64,000 nucleotides of DNA from an uncultured Alphaproteobacteria bacterium (GTDB lineage Bacteria > Pseudomonadota > Alphaproteobacteria > Rhizobiales > Beijerinckiaceae), in assembly GCA_963775775.1 (NCBI GenBank), contig CAVZKF010000023.1, positions 10,163 to 74,162 on the forward strand, in the 5' to 3' direction. Shown piece after piece: positions 9,047 to 18,371 of this stretch; the first letter of the stretch is position 1, and the number at the start of each line of letters is the position of its first letter. The notes beneath the pieces are model-generated. The model saw only the letters and a list, made by a program, of their open reading frames with translations. It had not been told where the DNA came from and searched no databases. Made by a program: the position numbers and the translations under genes.

Positions 9047-9169
9047 ATGTCTGGACCCGCCGTCGTCGCAACATTTCTCGCCGTTTCGTTTTTCTTGATT
9101 ACGCTGGCTTGGGCCGTCGCTCACGCCGTCGAGGTGCGCGCCATCGCCAAGCCACGGGGGCGGCGATGA
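9047..9169 (+). CDS. 40-aa single-transmembrane peptide (below the ORF track threshold)
   Basis: GAGG RBS; MSGPAVVATFLAVSFFLITLAWAVAHAVEVRAIAKPRGRR; ATGA overlap with the next gene. Confidence 0.6.
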   Translation: MSGPAVVATFLAVSFFLITLAWAVAHAVEVRAIAKPRGRR

Positions 9170-10015
9170 GTGGGCTCTGGTTTCGCGTATATGACCAGGC
9201 GCTCGACGATCCGCTCCTCCAGCGCCTCCCGTCTTCTCTTTTTCGCGCATGGTTCAACGTCCTATGCGCGGCGTCTCGCCACGGCGGCACACTTCCCGAT
9301 CTCGCCGCGCTGGCGTTCATGCTGCGCACGCGCCCTGGCGCGCTATCTCGCCGTCTGGAGGCGTTGAAGGCCGCGGGCCTCATTGAGGAAGTGGAGGGCG
9401 AGCTGCGCCCCGTCGAGTGGGAGAAGCGGCAATTTGCCGATCGACCCGCCGACCCCACGGCCGCCGAGCGGATGCGCCGCTTTCGGGAGCGCGCCGCCGA
9501 GCGTAACGGAGCCGTAACGCCGACCGTAACGAACGCGCCCATAGAAGAAGACGAAGATTTAGACCAAGACTCTCAAACCGCGCCGGCGGCGCGCGAGAGC
9601 GCGATCGACGATCATGCGGAGGAATTTCTTCGCGTCTTTCCTCGGCGTGACGGCGACCATCCGCGCGCGGCCCACGCTGGCCGCGTTCCGACAGGCCGTC
9701 GCGGCGGGCGCCGACCCCGCGCGGATCATCGCCGGGGCGAAGGCTTATGCGGCTTCCGTCGCCGGCCGCGAGCGGCGCTTCGTCGTATCGGCTGCGCGAT
9801 GGCTCGCCGAGGAAAGATGGCCGCAAGCCGCGCCGGCTCCCGGCGCGAACGCGCCGCGCGTCGCTACTGTTTGGATTTCCGCGACCTCGCCGGAATGGTC
9901 CGACTACGCCGATCGCTACCGCGCCGCCAAAGGCAGGAGTCCACCCGTCGACGCGAATGGCGGTTGGCGCTTTTCGCCGCAATGTCCCACCGCGCCGCTC
10001 GAACAAGCGGCGTAA
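9166..10015 (+). CDS. Replication-initiator/replisome-organiser-like protein 2 (frameshift near 9665)
   Basis: WFRVYDQALDDP..QRLP..LFRAWFNVLC, WEKRQF..DPTAAERMRRFRER, CGTAACG repeats at 9502, 9513 and 9525, SAARWLAEERW. Confidence 0.7.
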
Positions 10016-10037
10016 CCTCAAGCAGAAAGGAAACAAG

Positions 10038-10409
10038 ATGGAAAACCAAATCTCACGCCGCGTCGTTGCGGCCGGCCTCGTGCTGGCCCCTGTCGCCGGG
10101 ATTCCCGCCGTCGCTGGCGCGCCAATATCCGACGCGCTGGCGGGAGCCATGGAACGTCATCGGGCCGCTAACGCTATCGTTGAGGCGCATTTGGGTCCAG
10201 AGGACGTTCCCGAGCATCTTGTTGACGCCGAAACCGAGGCCTTGTGGGAACTGGCCATCACGCCATGCGCCAATGACCGCGAGCTGTTAGTGAAGCTTGG
10301 CTATCTTCTTGCTCATGAGAAGGCCTGCACGGCCGGTGGCGTCTTCTCTTTAAGCAGCCACGGTTCGCTTCCGATCGCTCTCGATTTTCATTTTAACCCG
10401 CAGGCGTGA
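10038..10409 (+). CDS. Hypothetical protein with a twin-arginine-like N-terminus
   Basis: AGGA RBS; ISRRVVAAGLVLAPVAG. Confidence 0.6.
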   Translation: MENQISRRVVAAGLVLAPVAGIPAVAGAPISDALAGAMERHRAANAIVEAHLGPEDVPEHLVDAETEALWELAITPCANDRELLVKLGYLLAHEKACTAGGVFSLSSHGSLPIALDFHFNPQA

Positions 10410-10792
10410 CCATGGAAACCAAAGCTGAAGATCGCGCCGCCGAATGCCCTGCCGTGGTGGCGCGCGCCATCCCGAGTGGCGACGATGATGCGTCTAGATG
10501 CGCTTCCGGTATCGGCCATTTGCTTGCCGAATGGCTCGCGCTTTGCGACGCCTTCAACGCCGCCGAACCCGTCCCCTTTGCGCTGCGCAGGGAGTTGGAT
10601 GATTTGGAATGGCGCATAATCGAGACCCCGGCGGCGAACATGGCCGAATTGTTACTCAAAGGGCGCGTCGCGAAATCTTGGTTCGACGATCGCCGAGCGC
10701 CAGCTTATTTTGCCGGGGAGAAGCTTGCCGCTGACGCGGCGCGACTGCTGAATTCTTGGGGTAGCGCCATGCTCGATTGCTCGGAGCGGTAA
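10406..10792 (+). CDS. Hypothetical protein
   Basis: Overlaps the upstream stop; shares a TPxxNxxELLxK motif with the upstream ORF. Confidence 0.55.
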   Translation: MTMETKAEDRAAECPAVVARAIPSGDDDASRCASGIGHLLAEWLALCDAFNAAEPVPFALRRELDDLEWRIIETPAANMAELLLKGRVAKSWFDDRRAPAYFAGEKLAADAARLLNSWGSAMLDCSER

Positions 10793-11252
10793 TATAGCGA
10801 TTGCCGAGCGCCCATCCCTGGGAAGGCTTGCGCCCGCGAATCGACTCGCTTATTCTTTGAGCAAGCGAACGGTTGCACAACCAGACGCCACGAAGCGGCC
10901 CGACCTCGGATGAACAGGCGGGCCGTTTTTGCGTTTGCGGCGCGCGACGATCAAAATCGCGGCCTGTTACTTTGATCGAAATCGCAGGCAGCTATTCCGA
11001 AACTCGCCGCCGCTGCGCGAGATTGCGGAAAAAGGCGAGCGCGAGCGCGGGCGGCGACCGAAAATCACGATCGCGCGACGCTATCGTGAAGCTCGCAGCT
11101 GCTGCGCGAGACGGCGCAGATCGTCGATCGGAGCGACGAGCCGTTTTTTTTCGGTTCGGCTCCCGCATGCTTCCCGGTGCTCCCTGGAGAAAAAGCGCTA
11201 GGCCTGGCAGCGACAGCCGGCCAGCTATTTCCCTTATTTTCAATGAGATATT

Positions 11253-11328
11253 TGGTGGAGCTGCGGGGAATCGAACCCCGGACCTCTGCAGTGCGATTGC
11301 AGCGCTCTCCCATCTGAGCTACAGCCCC
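11253..11328 (-). tRNA. tRNA-Ala(CGC)
   Basis: GGGGCTGTAGCTCAGATGGGAGAGCGCTGCAATCGCACTGCAGAGGTCCGGGGTTCGATTCCCCGCAGCTCCACCA; 76 nt, G3:U70 pair, encoded CCA. Confidence 0.97.
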
Positions 11329-11495
11329 GGTCCGACGCGGTGACTACACGGCGGACTCCGCGCTGTCAATTGCTTCTCGCGCCGCGATCCCTTTCCCGCT
11401 CGCCCGCTGGGCAAAGACCGCGCCCGCGAAGGATTGCGGCGCGGACGCCGTGAGGATAGACAAGTCTCCAAACCGTCAACGCTGGGAACCAAAAA

Positions 11496-11777
11496 ATGCG
11501 CTATGCAGTGCTAGAGCTCATTCTCACGGTCATCGATCTCTATTGGTGGGTGGTCATTGCCTCCTTCGTCGTATCGTGGCTCATCGCCTTCGACGTGATC
11601 AATACGCGTTCCCAAGCGGTCTATTCGATAAGGCGCGCCCTCGCGGCCCTCACGGAGCCGCTCTATGAGCCGATCCGCAGAGTTTTGCCGACCATGGGCG
11701 GGCTGGATTTTTCACCGATGATCGTGTTGCTGGGCCTGCAATTCGTGCGCAGCGCCATCGCGCACAGCTTTGGCTGA
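11496..11777 (+). CDS. yggT: YggT family membrane protein
   Basis: SWLIAFDVIN...LTEPLYEPIRRVLPTMGGLDFSP. Confidence 0.92.
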   Translation: MRYAVLELILTVIDLYWWVVIASFVVSWLIAFDVINTRSQAVYSIRRALAALTEPLYEPIRRVLPTMGGLDFSPMIVLLGLQFVRSAIAHSFG

Positions 11778-12107
11778 ACCCGACCCCGGCGCGGCGTGGC
11801 GCGCGGAAGAGGGCGGCGTCGCCCTGTGGCTGCGGCTGACGCCCAAGGGCGGGCGCGACGCGATCGAGGGGCTGGAAACCCTGGCCGACGGGCGATGCGT
11901 GCTCAAGGCGCGGGTGCGCGCGGCGCCGGAGGACGGACGCGCCAATGCGGCGCTGGAGCAGCTCGTGGCGAAAACGCTGGAGGCGCCCAAAAGCGCCGTC
12001 TCGATTGTCGCCGGCCACGCAGCCGCGTGAAAAAACTTTTCGTTTCGGGCGATTCCGCCCGCATCATAGACGCGCTGGCCCGGCGGCTGGCGCAAACCGC
12101 CAAATGA
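11770..12107 (+). CDS. yggU: DUF167/YggU family protein (frameshift near 12025)
   Basis: RLTPKGGRDAI...VRAAPEDGRANAAL. Confidence 0.85.
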
Positions 12108-12122
12108 GCAACGGCTGAACCC

Positions 12123-13181
12123 ATGACCAAAACGAAGTCGAATATCGGCAATTTCTTCGAGGATTTTTCGCTCGGCCAGATTATCCGCCACGCGACGCCG
12201 CGCACGGTCACGACCGGTGATTCGGCCTTTTACACCGCGCTGTATTTGCCGCGATTCGCGGTGCAGTCCTCGCGCGCCTTCGCGCAGGCGATCGGCTATA
12301 AAGAAGCGCCGATCGACGATATTCTGGTGTTTCATTTCGTGCTGGGCAAAACCGTTCCCGACGTGTCGCTCAACGCCATCGCCAATCTCGGCTATGCGGA
12401 TTTCAAATTTCTCGCGCCCGTCTATCCCGGCGACACGCTGACCGCGACGTCGGAAGTGATCGGCCTCAAGGAAAACTCCAATAAGGAGACCGGCGTCGTT
12501 TATGTGCGCTCGACCGGCACGAATCAGAACGGCGAGGTCGTGCTCGATTACGCCCGCTGGGTGATGGTCAAGAAGCGCGATAAAGACGCGCCCGTCGGCC
12601 CCGAAGTCGTGCCCGATCTGCCGAAATCCGTCGCGCCCGCCGATCTCGGCAAGGCCGTGCCGCCGCTGCACGCCGCGGCATATGACAGAGTGCTGGCCGG
12701 CTCGCCCTATGTCTGGGGCGATTACGAAAAAGGCGAGAAGATCGACCATATCGACGGCATGACCGTCGAGGAGGCGGAGCATCAGCTCGCGACGCGCCTC
12801 TATCAAAATAACTCGAAAGTCCATTTCAATCAGTATTACGAGGCGCAGGGGCGGTTCGGAAAACGCATCATTTATGGCGGCCATGTGATCTCGCTCGCCC
12901 GCGCGCTGTCCTTCAACGGGCTCGCCAACGCCTTCCATATCGCGGCGATCAACGGCGGGCGCCATGTCAATCCGCTGTTCGCCGGCGGCACGCTGTTCGC
13001 CTGGAGCGAAGTGCTCGACAAGGCGGAGATTCCCGGCCGAAGCGACATCGGCGCGCTGCGCCTGCGGCTTGTCGCGACAAAGGACAAGCCCTGCGCCGAG
13101 TTCCCGCTCACCGGCGCCGACGGCAAGCCGGACCCGGCGGTGTTGCTGGATTTGGATTATTGGGCGGTTATGCCGAGGTAG
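12123..13181 (+). CDS. mch: MaoC-family double-hotdog dehydratase, likely mesaconyl-CoA hydratase
   Basis: GNFFEDF..GQIIRHATPRTVT, VPDVSLNAIANLGYA, DLDYW. Confidence 0.85.
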   Translation: MTKTKSNIGNFFEDFSLGQIIRHATPRTVTTGDSAFYTALYLPRFAVQSSRAFAQAIGYKEAPIDDILVFHFVLGKTVPDVSLNAIANLGYADFKFLAPVYPGDTLTATSEVIGLKENSNKETGVVYVRSTGTNQNGEVVLDYARWVMVKKRDKDAPVGPEVVPDLPKSVAPADLGKAVPPLHAAAYDRVLAGSPYVWGDYEKGEKIDHIDGMTVEEAEHQLATRLYQNNSKVHFNQYYEAQGRFGKRIIYGGHVISLARALSFNGLANAFHIAAINGGRHVNPLFAGGTLFAWSEVLDKAEIPGRSDIGALRLRLVATKDKPCAEFPLTGADGKPDPAVLLDLDYWAVMPR

Positions 13182-13262
13182 CGCGGCATAGGTCGAAATC
13201 GCCGCGGCGCGAGTTATCGCATTGTCGCTTGGCGCGCCGGAGCCTTGTGCTATCCTGCCCCT

Positions 13263-13481
13263 ATGAGCAAGACACTCGACATAGCTCTATCCAGAGTGGC
13301 GGCGCTGCCAGAAGCCGCGCAGGAGAAGATTGGGCGCGATTTGCTCGATCGCGTTGAAGCTTTGTCCAAGCTGCGTGACGAAATCGACGTGGGCTTGGCG
13401 GAGTTCGACGCGGGTCTTGGAGCGCCTCTCGCGGTCGAGGATTTGATCCGGGAAGCGCGCGCGGAACATGACGGCGGTTAG
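13263..13481 (+). CDS. ParD-like antitoxin
   Basis: Short acidic ORF (LRDEIDVGLAEFDAG) overlapping a ParE-like frame. Confidence 0.6.
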   Translation: MSKTLDIALSRVAALPEAAQEKIGRDLLDRVEALSKLRDEIDVGLAEFDAGLGAPLAVEDLIREARAEHDGG

Positions 13482-13781
13482 GGCCGTCGTCTGAGCGCCG
13501 CGCGCAAAACAAGACTTGCGCGACATCTGGCGATATTACGTTCGCGTGGCGTCGCCCGAAATCGCGGATCGCATCGTGCGTGAAATCGCGTCAAGCGCCG
13601 AGCGGTTGGGTCAAAACCCGCTGGAGGGCGCGACCGCGACGAACTTCGCCCGGCTTTGCAATCCCTGCTTGTCCATCCGCACACACTTTTCTATCGAATC
13701 GAAGCCAGTACGGCGCAAGTCGTGCGCGTCCTGCATGAACGGCGAGATTTTTCGACCTTGTTCGCCGCGGATGAGGAGTGA
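13468..13781 (+). pseudogene. ParE/RelE-family toxin with an in-frame stop and a frameshift
   Basis: VV*APRAKQDLRDIWRYY...HTLFYRI...VVRVLHERRD; TGA at 13492-13494. Confidence 0.75.
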
Positions 13782-13792
13782 TCGCGCGCACC

Positions 13793-15298
13793 TCACATCC
13801 GCTCCGGAAATCTGTCCTCTTCCGCCAGATTCGAAAACTTGGTGATCTCCGCCTCGAAGGCCAGCGGCACCATGCCGGTCGGGCCGTGGCGCTGCTTGCC
13901 GAGGATCGCCTCGGCGCGGCCATGCGCGCGCTCCATCTCGCCTTGCCAGGCGATATGTTCTTCCGTGCCTTCGCGCGGCTCGCGGTTCTTTAGGTAATAT
14001 TCCTCGCGATAGACGAACATCACGACGTCGGCGTCCTGCTCGATCGAGCCGGATTCGCGCAGATCCGAGAGCTGCGGACGCTTGTCGTCGCGGCTTTCGA
14101 CCTGGCGCGAGAGCTGCGACAGGGCCATGATCGGCACCGCCAGCTCCTTAGCCAGCGCCTTGAGCCCGGTGGTGATCTCGGTCAGCTCCTGCACGCGATT
14201 CTCGGAGCGGGCGCGCGAGCCCGAAAGCAACTGCAAATAGTCCACCACCAGAAGATCGAGCCCCTTCTGGCGTTTCAGCCGCCTCGCGCGCGCTGTGAGC
14301 TGCGCGATGGAAATGCCGCCGCTCTGATCGATGTAGAGCGGAATGTTTTGCATCTCGCGCGCGGCTTCGGTGATGCGGCGAAAGTCGTCCTCGTTGATGT
14401 CGCCGCGCCGAATTTTGTAGCTGGCGACGCCCGATTGCTCGGCGATCACGCGCGTCGCCAATTGCTCGGCCGACATTTCCAGCGAGAAGAAACCGACGAT
14501 GCCGCCGTTGATCGTCTTGCGCGAGCCGTCGGGTTCGACCACGAAATCATACGCCTTGGCGATATTGAAGGCGATATTGGTGGCGAGCGCCGTCTTGCCC
14601 ATGCCGGGACGGCCCGCGACGATGATGAGGTCGGACTTTTGCAAGCCGCCCATTTTTTCGTCGAGATCCTTGAGCCCGGTCGCCATGCCCGAGAGATGTC
14701 CGTCGCGCTGATAGGCGCTGTTGGCCATGTCTATCGCGATGGTCAGAGCGTCGGCGAAACGCTGGAAGCCGCCGTCGTAGCGTCCGGTCTCGGCGATGGC
14801 GTAGAGCTTGCGTTCGGCTTCCTCGATCTGCTGGCGCGGCGAGGAGTTGATCGGCGAATCGAAGGCCGTGTTGACGACGTCCTCGCCGATGCTGATCAGA
14901 TCGCGGCGCACCGCCAGATCGTGGATCGCGCGGCCGTAATCCTCGGCGTTGATGATCGTCGTGGCCTCGGCGGCGAGACGCGCCAGATAACCCTGAATCG
15001 TGATGCCCTCGGGCAATTCCATGCCGCTCAGAAAGGTCTTGAGCGTAATGACGGTGGCGAGCTTTCCCGCGCGGATCAGCTGTCCGCAAACCTCATAGAT
15101 GCGCCGGTGCAACTCCTCGGAAAAATGCTCGGGGCGCAGGAAGTCCGACACGCGGTCGAACGCGTCGTTGTTGAGCAGCAGCGCGCCAAGCAGCGCCTGC
15201 TCCGCTTCGATATTATGCGGAGGGACGCGCGTCGCGGGCTCTCTCGGCTCGGCGACCTGATACAGTCGTCGGCCCGGCAAGGGGTCGATTGCGGGCAT
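13793..15298 (-). CDS. dnaB: Replicative DNA helicase
   Basis: PPHNIEAEQALLG, GRPGMGKT, DYLQL, LRESGSIEQDAD. Confidence 0.97.
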   Translation of the reverse strand: MPAIDPLPGRRLYQVAEPREPATRVPPHNIEAEQALLGALLLNNDAFDRVSDFLRPEHFSEELHRRIYEVCGQLIRAGKLATVITLKTFLSGMELPEGITIQGYLARLAAEATTIINAEDYGRAIHDLAVRRDLISIGEDVVNTAFDSPINSSPRQQIEEAERKLYAIAETGRYDGGFQRFADALTIAIDMANSAYQRDGHLSGMATGLKDLDEKMGGLQKSDLIIVAGRPGMGKTALATNIAFNIAKAYDFVVEPDGSRKTINGGIVGFFSLEMSAEQLATRVIAEQSGVASYKIRRGDINEDDFRRITEAAREMQNIPLYIDQSGGISIAQLTARARRLKRQKGLDLLVVDYLQLLSGSRARSENRVQELTEITTGLKALAKELAVPIMALSQLSRQVESRDDKRPQLSDLRESGSIEQDADVVMFVYREEYYLKNREPREGTEEHIAWQGEMERAHGRAEAILGKQRHGPTGMVPLAFEAEITKFSNLAEEDRFPERM

Positions 15299-15316
15299 TG
15301 GTTCTCTGGTTTTGAG

Positions 15317-15331
15317 TTAACTGTCCGTTAA
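15317..15331. promoter_or_regulatory. CtrA consensus box upstream of dnaB
   Basis: TTAA-CTGTCCG-TTAA (TTAA-N7-TTAA). Confidence 0.6.
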
Positions 15332-15537
15332 ACCTACAAACGCGACGCGGAGGCCTTTCCAGGACGCCCAACTGTCGCATGTTCGCGGGCGCGCGGGCAA
15401 TGGCCGAAGCGGCCTTATCGTGGCATGACGACGCCCGTTTTCGGCTTATGAGTCTTATTCACATGACGGAAAAATTATATCGCGCGGAAGAACTAAAAAT
15501 TCTTGCCTTCGGCGCAGAATCGGCTGCTAGCGCGATT

Positions 15538-16939
15538 CTACTCCAGCCGGCCCAGTCGGCTATGCCGCCGCCCATATAAAAAATAAACGATGAGCCCCAG
15601 GGCCAGCCACACCACGAAGCGCTCCCAGGCGACGACGGGCAATTTCGACAGCAGCCACAGCGAAAATCCGATTCCGATCAAAGGCGTGAAGGGCACGAAC
15701 GGAGTCTTGAACCAGCGCTCGGCGTCCGGGCGCGCGCGGCGCAGGGCGATCACCGCGAGACAAATCACCACGAAGGCCGACAGCGTGCCGATGTTCACGA
15801 GTTCCGCGACTTCGCGAATCGGATAGAAACCCGCGACCAGGGCGCAAAGCGCGCCGGCGACCAAGGTCGGGCGATAGGGCGTGGCGAATACGCGGATGCG
15901 GGACGGCGAACCAGGCCGGCAGCAGCCCGTCGCGGCTCATCGCGAACCAGATGCGCGCGCAAGCCAGCAAAAAGGCCAGCATCACGCTCAAAATCCCGGC
16001 CACCGCCGCCAGCGATACGATTAGCGTCACCCAGGGCATGCCGATTTGCGCGAAGGCGTTCGCCACGGGAGCCGCGTTGTTCAGCGTGTCGTAACGCACG
16101 ATGCCGGTGAGCGCCAACGACATCGCGATATAAAGCGTCAGCGAGATGGCGAGGGAGAGCAGCACCGCGCGCGGCAGATCGCGTTGCGGATCGCGCGATT
16201 CCTCGGCCGCCGTGGTCAGCGTATCGTAGCCGAACACCGCGAAGAACACCACCGCGGCGCCCTCCACGACGCCGCCGAAGCCGAAGGGCATGAAGGGGTG
16301 AAAATTGGCGGGGTCGATATGCGGCGCCGCCGCGGCGATCACCAGCAGCACCGCCGCGACCTTGATCAATACGATCGCGGTGTTGAAGCGCGCGCCCCAT
16401 TCGACGCGCAGCGTCAACAGGCCGGCGACGCCCAGACTGCCGAGCATCGCGAAAAGATCGACGCGAAACCCCTCGCCAGCGGCCGGAGCCCCTTGCGCCC
16501 AGACGGGAAGCTCGACCCCGAACAGCCGCAGCAGCGCCTGGAGATAACCGGACCAGCCGATCGACACGACCGCGACGACCAGCGCATATTCGAGCAGCAA
16601 ATCCCAGCCGATGATCCAGGCGACGAGTTCGCCAAGCACCGCGTAAGCATAGGTGTAGGCGCTGCCGGCGACTGGAATCATCGAGGCGAATTCGGCGTAG
16701 CATAGAGCCGCCGCGCCGCTGGCGACGCCGGCGATGACAAAGGACAGCGACACGGCGGGCCCCGCCTGTGTCGCCGCCACGACGCCGGTGAGCACGAAAA
16801 TGCCGACGCCGATCAGGCCGCCGAGCCCGATGCTGGACAGCTGCCATAGACCGAGCACGCGGCGTAATTGCCCGGGCCTTCCCGTTTCGGCCTGGAGGGC
16901 TTCGATTGATTTCGTGCGCAGCAGATTCTTGAGCGTCAT
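15538..16939 (-). CDS. APC-family amino acid permease (frameshift near 15885)
   Basis: IGVGIFVLTG, AGPAV, CYAEFAS, GSAYTY, multiple TM segments. Confidence 0.9.
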
Positions 16940-16997
16940 GGCGTGTCCAGCGTCGAGAGCCGCATGTTAAGCGTCCCCGCTTGTTCGGCGCGCGCCC

Positions 16998-18371
16998 TTA
17001 ATGCCCCGCCATCAGGGATGAAAGTTGAACAGGAATCCGCCGCAAGTCCTTGGCGACGCGGGCGGTGAAGGAATTGACCGCGCGCCCCACGGCGGCAAGC
17101 GGGTCCGCCGGGTCTCGTTTAGCGCCGTGAACCGCCCGTCCGCCTTGGCCTGTGCGTGACGAAGCGGTTTTGACCACGACGCATTTCTTCTTTGGAAGAA
17201 TTTCGCTTTGTTTCCCCGGCTTGGCTTCGGCGGCGGAGAACTCGTCCGGCGTCCCTGGCGCCGCCACGAAATCCCGCGGAAGCGCTGGCTTCGTCTCGAC
17301 GATCGCGGGAGGCGTCTCGTCGACCGGGGGAGTCGCCCGAGGAAGCTGCTCGGAAGCTTCGCTTGCATCGCCAAAATGGACGGGCGTTATGGGCGTCAGC
17401 GCGGCGAGATCCAAGGCGTGGCCAAGGGGAACGACGGAGGCCGGCGCTTTTTCTGGCGAGAACCCCGCCGAGGCGGTTCGCGCGCTGATCGTTGGCGTCT
17501 TCGGCGATGCCGAGATCGCACCCCAAAAGGCGTAGCCCGCCGTCAAACCGGTAACGCCGATTATCAGTGAGGCGGCGATGCTGAAAGCAAAAAACTCCCG
17601 CCTCATCCTGGTCTGATTCGTCGGGGCGTCCATGAGAATAGGAGCGCTCGCGCGAAGCGGGCTCGTCGCGAGCGCAGGGTTGGCGTTGGCGTTGGCGATC
17701 GGAAGCGTCATGGCGGAAATGGCGTCGCGCATCATGGCGCGACGCGCCATTTCGGCCTCTGGAGGCCAAAAGACTTCGGGCGCGGGTTTGAGTTCGCCAA
17801 ATAGCTCCTGGGCGACGCGGACGCGCCAAACCGTAATTCCGTCTTGTGGACTTCCAAAAAAATCGGACGATTTGCTATAAAGGTCGAGGCTCACTTGATT
17901 GCAAATGGCTTCAGGAGTCAGTTCGTCGTCTTCGTCTATTAACTCGCCGCAGTCCACAAATAATGTCGAGGAAAGTTGAATACGTAGATTGTATTTATTG
18001 GTATGCCGATTTTCACTGGCGTTAATTTGCACTTTAACCCCAAGGAAAAACGCGCGTATTAACGCTCTGGTTTCAATTTCTCCAAGTTCGATGGGAGGCT
18101 CTTGAAAATCCAAATCACATAGTTCGCATGTGAAACGCAATGGAAATTTCTTGAGTGGAAATTTGTTGCCGCCAACATAAGCTTCGTCGAGCTCAATGAT
18201 AAATCGAATGCATTCGGCGTCTGTCAGGCTATAATATGTATGCTTTGGATGTTCCTCCGGGCTTTCGACATCGCGAATGAGCGGCGGCAACATAAAGTTG
18301 TCTCCCGCCGTCCTATAGATCGCGCGACAAGCTTCAAAAAGTTCTTCCCGACCGAGGGTCGACATATTCAC
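16998..18371 (-). CDS. Hypothetical membrane-anchored protein
   Basis: 457-aa ORF with a lower-GC globular N-terminus, one TM segment and a Pro/Ala-rich C-terminus. Confidence 0.55.
   Translation of the reverse strand: MNMSTLGREELFEACRAIYRTAGDNFMLPPLIRDVESPEEHPKHTYYSLTDAECIRFIIELDEAYVGGNKFPLKKFPLRFTCELCDLDFQEPPIELGEIETRALIRAFFLGVKVQINASENRHTNKYNLRIQLSSTLFVDCGELIDEDDELTPEAICNQVSLDLYSKSSDFFGSPQDGITVWRVRVAQELFGELKPAPEVFWPPEAEMARRAMMRDAISAMTLPIANANANPALATSPLRASAPILMDAPTNQTRMRREFFAFSIAASLIIGVTGLTAGYAFWGAISASPKTPTISARTASAGFSPEKAPASVVPLGHALDLAALTPITPVHFGDASEASEQLPRATPPVDETPPAIVETKPALPRDFVAAPGTPDEFSAAEAKPGKQSEILPKKKCVVVKTASSRTGQGGRAVHGAKRDPADPLAAVGRAVNSFTARVAKDLRRIPVQLSSLMAGH

Larger units (their letters stand above)
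1..11252. mobile_element. Integrated phage-related element (satellite-like or reduced prophage) at the 3' end of tRNA-Ala(CGC); left end and integrase lie outside the window
   Basis: Continuous block of excisionase-like, replication, XRE, prohead protease and tape-measure-like genes that ends at the CCA end of the tRNA; host genes resume at 11496. Confidence 0.85.
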
